54,194 nucleotides of DNA from Parcubacteria group bacterium (GTDB lineage: Bacteria; Patescibacteriota; Minisyncoccia; UBA10092): assembly GCA_016188835.1 (NCBI GenBank), contig JACPHB010000010.1, positions 1 to 54,194 on the forward strand. Reading direction: 5' to 3'. This document shows, one piece after another, positions 41,746-48,597 of this stretch (positions are counted from its first letter, which is position 1; each line of letters starts with the position of its first letter). The notes under the pieces are model-generated. The model saw only the letters and a list, made by a program, of their open reading frames with translations, made no database searches and was not told where the DNA came from. The position numbers and the translations under genes were made by a program.

Positions 41746-43452
41746 TTATTTTCCAATTGTCTCTTCCAAAATCTTTTTTAGGCCTTCGGTATCAACGGTT
41801 TTACGCTGCCTGCCCTGCATAGCTTTTGGAGCTGGCGATTCTTGAGTTCGAGGCCTCAACTGCGATAAATGCACTGGTTTAACGGGTGGGCGCCTGCCTG
41901 CCATCGCCTGCGGCTCAGGTCGCTGGCGGGCAGAAGTTTTAGAAAAACAATCCTTACAGTAAACCGGCCTCGTCGGATCAGGTTTAAAAGGAACGGTTGT
42001 ATTTTTCCCGCAATTCGCGCAAACGGCGCTGAACATATTTTTTTTATCATCAAAAGCGCCACGCTCTCCGCTAGAGGGTCCGCGCGAAGATGTATTGTAT
42101 GACGGTAAATCGTAAGCGTCTCTTTGAGACGAACTTTGTGCTTCTGCCTGTAGAACACCTGTAGCAATAGATATGGTGCTTTCTACTTCGGCTTTTGGCG
42201 TGCCATAAGTAATTCTCGAGTACTCTATAATTTCATCGGCATAAGAAATTTCCGGTTTGGAATATGGCGGTAAAGTGATCGCCGAAAACGGCCTTGACGG
42301 AACGCCATCAATCAAAAGACGCAGATAAATATTATAATTAGGCAGATTAAGCAAATCTTGAGCCGTAATGTTAGGGCTAAATTGCTTTTCTTCCAAAAAT
42401 TCAACGTCTTCGCCGCCGGCTCTGAAAGCAATAAATGTGCCGACATTGCCAAAAATCGCGTCTTTTACCTTTACATTTTGGTCGTGAACCAACTGGCCGA
42501 TGTATTGATTGGCAATTGTAAGATCAAGGCGGAATTTTCTGGCTTCCGACAAAATGTCGGCAAAACTATCAGTAACAAAAGTTTGAAATTCGTCAACGTA
42601 AAGATAAAAATCTTTACGGTCTTCTTCCAAAATATCAACCCTACTCATGGCAGCAAGTTGGATTTTGGTGATAAGCATACCACCCAAGAGTTTTGTATTG
42701 TCTTCTCCGAGCCGCCCCTTGCTAAGGTTCATTATTACAATTTTTCCTTCATCCATGGCCTGCCGGAAATTAAACGAAGAAGTCGGCTGACCGATGATGT
42801 TTCTGATGATGGTTGCCGAACTGAACTGGCCGATTTTATTTTGAATGGCCGCCGTCGCTTCCTGTTCGTATTTTTGCTGATAAGCGGCATATTCCTGCGT
42901 CCAAAACGCTTTAATAACTGGATCAGATATTTGGTTCACGATATTTTTTCTAAATGCCTTATCGGAAAACATCCGGTTAACGCCAAGCAAAGTGGAACCT
43001 GGAACTTCTAATAGAGCTAAAATAGTGTTGTTTAAAATATATTCCATTCGAGCGCTCCAAACATCGGGCCAGATTTTTTTAAATACTCCCATAAGACCAG
43101 AGGCCACCAAGTGGCGCGCTTTAGCGTCTATGGTTTCTATGGCGTTAAAAGCTATCGGAAATTCCATATCGGCCGGATTGAAATAAATAACGTCTTTTAT
43201 CCGGTTTTCCGGAATATAATGAAGCAACCTCTCAGCCATTTCACCGTGAGGATCAACAAACCCCATGCCGCGGCCAGCCAAAATATCGGAAATCATCATA
43301 TTCATTTGCAAAGTGGTCTTGCCGGTGCCGGTCTGCCCGATAATGTACATATGGCGACGGCGATCGTCGGTTTTAATGCCGAACTTTTTCCGTTCGTTAC
43401 GGAAAGTCGTTTCGGCAAAAAATGTTATTTCGTTTTTATTTTCGTTATTCAT
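41746..43452 (-). CDS. VirD4/TraG/TraD-like P-loop ATPase with a C-terminal CxxC-x17-CxxC zinc ribbon
   Basis: It has Walker A IIGQTGTGKT, Walker B FYLYVDEFQTF and ARKFRLDLTIANQYIGQL. The tail contains CANCGKNTTVPFKPDPTRPVYCKDC. Confidence 0.8.
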   Translation of the reverse strand: MNNENKNEITFFAETTFRNERKKFGIKTDDRRRHMYIIGQTGTGKTTLQMNMMISDILAGRGMGFVDPHGEMAERLLHYIPENRIKDVIYFNPADMEFPIAFNAIETIDAKARHLVASGLMGVFKKIWPDVWSARMEYILNNTILALLEVPGSTLLGVNRMFSDKAFRKNIVNQISDPVIKAFWTQEYAAYQQKYEQEATAAIQNKIGQFSSATIIRNIIGQPTSSFNFRQAMDEGKIVIMNLSKGRLGEDNTKLLGGMLITKIQLAAMSRVDILEEDRKDFYLYVDEFQTFVTDSFADILSEARKFRLDLTIANQYIGQLVHDQNVKVKDAIFGNVGTFIAFRAGGEDVEFLEEKQFSPNITAQDLLNLPNYNIYLRLLIDGVPSRPFSAITLPPYSKPEISYADEIIEYSRITYGTPKAEVESTISIATGVLQAEAQSSSQRDAYDLPSYNTSSRGPSSGERGAFDDKKNMFSAVCANCGKNTTVPFKPDPTRPVYCKDCFSKTSARQRPEPQAMAGRRPPVKPVHLSQLRPRTQESPAPKAMQGRQRKTVDTEGLKKILEETIGK

Positions 43453-43465
43453 ATTTATGTTATGT

Positions 43466-43563
43466 GATTACAAAAATAATAAAAATAAAATTCTAGGTGG
43501 GGGCGAGCCGTTCGCCGTAGGCGAATGGGGCTAAGGAATTTTATTTTTATTATTTTTGTAATC
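43466..43563 (-). repeat. Long hairpin element, copy 3 (core inverted relative to copies 1 and 2)
   Basis: Perfect 28-bp arms (gattacaaaaataataaaaataaaattc and gaattttatttttattatttttgtaatc) flank the core taggtgggggcgagccgttcgccgtaggcgaatggggctaag. The element fills the gap between the two genes. Confidence 0.9.
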
Positions 43564-43566
43564 ATT

Positions 43567-44814
43567 TTATCCTATTGGCAATGATACCGGCGGCTCCGCT
43601 TTTTTGGACTCAACGCGGCGCATGGTCGGCGTTTCAACCGTTAAAATCGGATAATGATAAATAGTCGCCAATTCTTCAATATTTAAAATAAAATCTTTTT
43701 TCTTCGGCCACTTCCGATTGGCATAACGCTCAATAAAACTTTGTTTTCTTAAAAACTCTTTCCTTTTTTTAAAAGGCGGATCGGCAGAAGTTCCCGCTTC
43801 GCTGTTTGATTTGAAGGCGTTCATATTGACCGTGTTGAACTGTTTGAAAGCGCCATTTATTGCCGCCATATTGGCGCGGCTAAAAATATCGCTTCTGGCA
43901 ATATAAGCAAAACGGATGCTTACCCTAAAAGCCAATTTTGCCATTTTATTTTCAATTGCCTCAATCAAGGCCTTTTCTCCCGATGTAAGATTGGCAATTG
44001 ACGCCTTACTTTCTTCCTTTTTCTTCTCTCCCCAAATGGGATAAATCAAAATGGCTTTTATAAGATTTATTATGAATTCGTCTATCGGCCCCAAAGCTCT
44101 GTCAAGCCAGCTTTCTTTGGTTGCGGTTTTTTTCCCCATCAGCTTGTTTATGAATTCCTGGCCTCTTTCTTTCCATTCTTTTTCGACAGTCGGTTTCATT
44201 AAATATTGAATTAAAATATTTTCTCCCGCCTTAAGTTTTGAAAGAATTTCAAGAAATGAAGCCATCGGGTCAACGCGCCTTTCTTCTTCTTTTTCTTCAA
44301 AAAAAGGATAGGTTCTGATGGGGAAGAAATCATCTTTTTCCAAAATAAGCTCCGCACCGCTTATGTCGTATGTTTTGCTCGGCGTTTTTTTAGCAATTGG
44401 GCCGGCGTAATCCAATACTTCGGAAATTTCCGCGTCTGGATATTGAGCGTGAATCTGGGCCTCAACCAGAGTCCGAAATTGTTCCGGCGTTCTGATAAAA
44501 AAATATACCGCCCCGTCAATGCCGGCGATTTCAAAACTGAACCATTCCTGCACCTTGCCTTTCCAGTATTTATCAATAAATTTGATTTTGGTAATAATGC
44601 CGTGAAGCCCAGAAAATATCTGCTCCATTGATTTCGGGCTTTTTTCAATGTCTCGAGAAACCTTAATCTCAAGAAAAGTCCATTTCAGCGCTTTTATGGC
44701 CGTGGTTTTTAAGTGCCTTACCCACAGTTCTATAAAAACCGCGATTAAAACTACCGGCAGCCAAAGCCACCAGAGCCCCAAAAAAACATTAATAATCGCA
44801 TAAAAAATACCCAT
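43567..44814 (-). CDS. Membrane-anchored partner protein of the ATPase. It is homologous to the N-terminal ~390 aa of the fused gene at 1..2403.
   Basis: It has an N-terminal TM (IINVFLGLWWLWLPVVLIAVFI). The C-terminal ELATIYHYPILTVETPTMRRVESKKAEPPVSLP matches ELTSIFHFPIIKIETPKVRFVKAKAAAPPAILP in the fused gene. Confidence 0.75.
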   Translation of the reverse strand: MGIFYAIINVFLGLWWLWLPVVLIAVFIELWVRHLKTTAIKALKWTFLEIKVSRDIEKSPKSMEQIFSGLHGIITKIKFIDKYWKGKVQEWFSFEIAGIDGAVYFFIRTPEQFRTLVEAQIHAQYPDAEISEVLDYAGPIAKKTPSKTYDISGAELILEKDDFFPIRTYPFFEEKEEERRVDPMASFLEILSKLKAGENILIQYLMKPTVEKEWKERGQEFINKLMGKKTATKESWLDRALGPIDEFIINLIKAILIYPIWGEKKKEESKASIANLTSGEKALIEAIENKMAKLAFRVSIRFAYIARSDIFSRANMAAINGAFKQFNTVNMNAFKSNSEAGTSADPPFKKRKEFLRKQSFIERYANRKWPKKKDFILNIEELATIYHYPILTVETPTMRRVESKKAEPPVSLPIG

Positions 44815-44843
44815 TCAATTGGCAATTTATACTTACATGATCA

Positions 44844-44873
44844 ATTATACCAAATTTGCCAAAGAAATTCCAA
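44844..44873 (-). promoter_or_regulatory. Promoter TTGGAA-N18-(TGg)TATAAT for the ATPase operon
   Basis: Read on the minus strand. It lies about 30 nt upstream of the ATG at 44814. Confidence 0.45.
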
Positions 44874-44957
44874 TAAAATAAATCCAATTCTGTATATGTT
44901 TTTATAATAACAAATATCTTATATTTTAACGAGTTATTTTTATTCACTTCATTTTAC

Positions 44958-44995
44958 GAACGCATTTACTGCCTATAGGATATATATGCGTTCAG
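44958..44995 (+). repeat. Copy D of the palindromic element GAACGCA..TGCCTATAGGA..TGCGTTC
   Basis: The sequence is gaacgcatttactgcctataggatatatatgcgttcag. The first 24 nt match copy B at 23 of 24 positions. Confidence 0.85.
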
Positions 44996-45097
44996 ATAAA
45001 AAACAAAAATAATTATAAACTTAACGATAATAATAAACTTACAATACAATTACAGATTTTTAACCGATCGGAAAAATATCCGTAATTTATAAAACCC

Positions 45098-45117
45098 AAC
45101 CGCCTCGCGAGGCGGTT
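45098..45117 (-). terminator. Hairpin terminator after 45139..45402
   Basis: aaccgcctc-gc-gaggcggtt forms a 9-bp stem. On the minus strand it is followed by gggttttat. Confidence 0.55.
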
Positions 45118-45138
45118 TGGAGGCAATCTAAGTTGTAA

Positions 45139-45402
45139 TCATTTAATCCCCAAAGAATATAATGCAAGTCCCACTATAATCCCTATTACAACTGGCCAAA
45201 AAAATTTATCCCAGATTGTTTTTTTGTTATTTTTAATTTTACTGCGCCCAATATTGTCTCCTTTCCCGGAATGGCTTTGGATTACAATATCTCTATTGGC
45301 ATTTAAGACTTTGGAAGGAGATTCAATCATAATTTTTTCTAAAACATTTTTCTTTCTACGCTCCAGTGTTTCTAATCGATTTTGGTGCATCTGTCTCGCC
45401 AA
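45139..45402 (-). CDS. Hypothetical protein with a C-terminal TM (87 aa; TTG start, or ATG at 45390)
   Basis: This is an ORF only. It overlaps the upstream ORF by 47 nt in another frame. Confidence 0.4.
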   Translation of the reverse strand: MARQMHQNRLETLERRKKNVLEKIMIESPSKVLNANRDIVIQSHSGKGDNIGRSKIKNNKKTIWDKFFWPVVIGIIVGLALYSLGIK

Positions 45403-45664
45403 GGGAGATGCTGTTTTTGTCTTTGATTCTTTTTATTTCTTCGTCTTCTTTTTCTCTTATATGTCTTTTTTCAAATTTTTCTAATAAATCTTTTGAAAGA
45501 TAGGCAAAAATGCTCAAAAAGAAAGCAATAACAACAATGTTCCAAAAATTAGGATTATAATTATTTTTACCAGACCAATCAAATAAAAATGCAGAACCTA
45601 GGCAAAATAAAATAAAGTAATAAATATGTCTATTATAATAAATTTTTTCTTGAATTTTTTTCAT
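45356..45664 (-). CDS. Hypothetical two-TM protein (102 aa)
   Basis: This is an ORF only, with two hydrophobic helices followed by a charged tail. Confidence 0.45.
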   Translation of the reverse strand: MKKIQEKIYYNRHIYYFILFCLGSAFLFDWSGKNNYNPNFWNIVVIAFFLSIFAYLSKDLLEKFEKRHIREKEDEEIKRIKDKNSISLGETDAPKSIRNTGA

Positions 45665-45731
45665 AAATTATCTCCCTAATTTTATTAACCTCGCTTCGAT
45701 AAATTCCTCCAAATCGCCGTTTTTAAAAATT

Positions 45732-45944
45732 TTAAGTGTTGGTCCATTTGTTATCGGAAATGCCAGCTTGTTTTAAAATTTCAGAAACAAGATGTTTTGA
45801 TATATCGCCCCTGTGAGGATTTGGAACTATAATTTTAAGATTCTTATTTTTCATTATTAAATGACGGCCGCCGGGATAAGGGCCGTCAAATTCCAAGCGA
45901 TGCAGTTTTTGGACTAATTTCTTCCAAGATATATTTTTAGGCAT
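45732..45944 (-). CDS. hicA: HicA-family mRNA interferase toxin
   Basis: The 70-aa protein contains GGRHLIMKN...IVPNPHRGDISKHLVSEILKQAGI, matching the HicA/YcfA pattern. Confidence 0.8.
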   Translation of the reverse strand: MPKNISWKKLVQKLHRLEFDGPYPGGRHLIMKNKNLKIIVPNPHRGDISKHLVSEILKQAGISDNKWTNT

Positions 45945-46182
45945 GTCTAACTGCTTGTTTGCGACTTACCTCAATCTTAAGTTCCGGTATTGAATCCCCG
46001 TCTTTAATCTTAAACAAGAGCCAATCCTCTAAGGCACTTCTTAGTTCCTCGCGGCAATCCTCAAGATTTTTTGTGTTTGCCCACACGCCTTTAAGGCCGG
46101 GAATTTTGCCAAAATAAGTGCCATCTTTAAGAATTTCATAAATGGCTTCTTTTAATTTTTTCGCGATATATTCACTAAGCAT
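45937..46182 (-). CDS. hicB: HicB-like antitoxin (N-terminal HicB fold only, no obvious DNA-binding domain)
   Basis: It contains YFGKIPGLKGVWANTKNLEDCREELRSALEDWL. It overlaps hicA by 8 nt. Confidence 0.75.
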   Translation of the reverse strand: MLSEYIAKKLKEAIYEILKDGTYFGKIPGLKGVWANTKNLEDCREELRSALEDWLLFKIKDGDSIPELKIEVSRKQAVRHA

Positions 46183-46218
46183 ATTTTATATAATACTATT
46201 TATGAGAAATTGTTTATG

Positions 46219-46548
46219 TTATTCCACTTTCTTATCAAAAAATTCGCCGCCTTGTTCAAGAACTTCTTTTCCCTCTTCGCTAAAAATTTCTAATTCGGCT
46301 AATTGTTCTTCGAAATCAGCTATCTCAAGTACTAATTCTGCAATAGTATAGCTAATAGCATCCGGATTTTGTTTTAATTCCTCAAGCTTTTTTCTTTTTT
46401 CCTCAATAGCGGCTTTTAATTCTTCAATATATTCATCCATGTCCTCTAATCTTTGCTTTGCCGCTTCCGGGGACATTAATTCTGCTTCGGATTCCGTTTC
46501 TGACCCATGTTCTTCCGGCTGATCAAATTTTGGTTCTCCAATATTCAT
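46219..46548 (-). CDS. Acidic coiled-coil hypothetical protein (109 aa)
   Basis: This is an ORF only and is very Glu-rich. Confidence 0.45.
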   Translation of the reverse strand: MNIGEPKFDQPEEHGSETESEAELMSPEAAKQRLEDMDEYIEELKAAIEEKRKKLEELKQNPDAISYTIAELVLEIADFEEQLAELEIFSEEGKEVLEQGGEFFDKKVE

Positions 46549-46575
46549 GATTTTATTATACTAATTATAATTTTA

Positions 46576-47613
46576 TTACACTAAAATGAAACGCTGGTCG
46601 TCGGTTTTTTTGAAAATTTTCCGATTTTGAAGATTTAAGAGAATGGTATTTTCTTTAACCAGCCGTTTATTCTGAACGGTTTTAACAATTTCTTCCTTGG
46701 TTAATCCAACTTTAGAATTTTTTAAAACAGAAACTAAAACATCGCGCACCGTGCCCGGCTCGTAGCCCCAGTCGCTTAAAGCGTATGTTCCCCTCCCAAC
46801 CAAAACAAACCTCGCGTCTTTAATAAGTTCGTTATGAACCGTTTGAGGATGGGCTTTGCGATCCGAAAAAACCGTTTTGTTTATTAAGTTCGCAACTTCG
46901 GTAAAGTGAAGTGGTTTTTTCTCTTTTTTAAAAACCAAATAGGCCTTATCTTTAACACCCCGCGGCGAGACCTCGGGCGAACTTATTAATCCCCATTCGC
47001 CGAAAGGATTCTGAGAAATCTGTCTGCAAAGTCCGACGTATGATTTTAAAGTTTGTTCGGTTAAATTTTTATTGGCTAATCCAGCGGCAGTTTTAAATAG
47101 GGCCTCATTTTGAAGTAGTAAATTTTGGCTGGCCAACTTTTCTTTCAAAGCGCCGGCTAAAGCGATCGCCTGATTATAATGCGCGGCGCCAAGCGCCCAA
47201 GCCGATCGCCAAACTGGAGTTTCCTTGAAATAAACAAATCTTCCATTTCCTAGGGCTAATGTAAAATTAATCAAATTTTCTTTATTTTTTTCTTTTAAAG
47301 AAAGAATTTCCGTTAATTCTTTTAAAAAATAATCCTCGCTTCTAACGCCGCCATGGGCCGTTAAATGCCGCTCTATCAGCTCAAAAACTGGCTTTATTGG
47401 CTCTAAAGCATTCTTATTGGTTAGCTGTTTAAGGCCTAGCGCTTCAATTTGCCTTACCCGTTCCCTGGTAATACCCATATTCTGGCCGATAGCTTCTAAA
47501 GTTTGGTAGGACATTGTGCGAAGGCCAAAACGTTTTTCTATAACTTCTCGAACCCTTGGATTGATAGTTTTAACTATTTCATCCAAAATATTTTTTAAAT
47601 TTTCTTCCGCCAT
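46576..47613 (-). CDS. Sigma-70 region-4 HTH plus HARE-HTH domain protein
   Basis: The N-terminus (VIEKRFGLRTMSYQTLEAIGQNMGITRERVRQIEALGLKQL) is region-4-like. The C-terminus (FTEVANLINK...HPQTVHNELIKDARFVLVGRGTYALSDWGY) is HARE-HTH-like. Confidence 0.7.
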   Translation of the reverse strand: MAEENLKNILDEIVKTINPRVREVIEKRFGLRTMSYQTLEAIGQNMGITRERVRQIEALGLKQLTNKNALEPIKPVFELIERHLTAHGGVRSEDYFLKELTEILSLKEKNKENLINFTLALGNGRFVYFKETPVWRSAWALGAAHYNQAIALAGALKEKLASQNLLLQNEALFKTAAGLANKNLTEQTLKSYVGLCRQISQNPFGEWGLISSPEVSPRGVKDKAYLVFKKEKKPLHFTEVANLINKTVFSDRKAHPQTVHNELIKDARFVLVGRGTYALSDWGYEPGTVRDVLVSVLKNSKVGLTKEEIVKTVQNKRLVKENTILLNLQNRKIFKKTDDQRFILV

Positions 47614-47673
47614 ATTTTTACTTATTTAAAGTAAATGTTAATAAACCTATAGTATAACAATCTTATAATACTG

Positions 47674-48576
47674 TCAATTTTTTTTTAGAATGTTAAACCA
47701 AGTTACTAAAAGCGGAGCCGCAATAAATATAGACGAATAAGTTCCGGAAAAAATACCAACCATAAGCGCCAATACAAAATATTTTAAACTCTCCCCTCCA
47801 AAAACATATAAAGCCGCCAAGGTCAATAAGACAGTAAGTGAAGTGTTAAGCGAACGGATAATAGTTTCGCGGATGCTTTGACTAACCAGTGGCATAAAAC
47901 TCAACTGGTTATAGCGTTTAAGATTTTCTCGAATCCTATCAAACACTACAATGGTATCATGAACCGAAAAACCGAGAATCACAAGAAGTGCGACGATAAA
48001 ATTAGCGCCGACCTCAATGCCATAAAAACGTCCCAAATAAGCGAATAAGCCGATGGGAATAATTAAATCATGAAAAAGCGCTATCAAAGTAACAACGCCA
48101 TAACGCCATGAACTTATCGGGCTTGATACTTTTCTAAAGGCCCAGGCGATATAAAGCGAAATCCCCAAAAGAACGATGATTATGGCTTTTATCGACTTCT
48201 GCTTTAGTTCGGCCCCGATAGTCGGCCCAATAGATGAAAATCTTCTTTCTTCAAATTGAATTTTATTTTTTTCCGCCTCAGCAGAAAGAATCTTAATAAT
48301 ATTTTGATGAGTCGCTTCATCGGTTTCCCTAAATCGCAAAACCGCGCCGTTTGATCCAAGTAGTGAAATTTTTAAATCGTTTAATTTAAGGGGCTTTAAA
48401 GAATCGGAAACTGAATTTAAATCGGGCAGAGCAGAATAATTAATTTCCAAAATTGAACCACCTTTAAAATCAATTCCAAACTGAAGGCCCCAAAGTGCTA
48501 ACGCGATAATGCTTATGGCAATAAAAATTACGGAAATGGCGTAAAAAATTTTTCTATTTTCAACAATATTTAACAT
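47674..48576 (-). CDS. secF: Protein translocase subunit SecF
   Basis: The 300-aa protein has a 6-TM pattern and lies downstream of secD. Confidence 0.9.
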   Translation of the reverse strand: MLNIVENRKIFYAISVIFIAISIIALALWGLQFGIDFKGGSILEINYSALPDLNSVSDSLKPLKLNDLKISLLGSNGAVLRFRETDEATHQNIIKILSAEAEKNKIQFEERRFSSIGPTIGAELKQKSIKAIIIVLLGISLYIAWAFRKVSSPISSWRYGVVTLIALFHDLIIPIGLFAYLGRFYGIEVGANFIVALLVILGFSVHDTIVVFDRIRENLKRYNQLSFMPLVSQSIRETIIRSLNTSLTVLLTLAALYVFGGESLKYFVLALMVGIFSGTYSSIFIAAPLLVTWFNILKKN

Positions 48577-48597
48577 GAATTAAGAATTAAGAAATTT

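Noticed and set aside
42358-43534. Plus-strand ORFs 42358..43011 (217 aa), 43111..43467 and 43265..43534
   Set aside because: They are antisense to the well-supported ATPase gene and have no motifs. The last one runs through the intergenic hairpin element.
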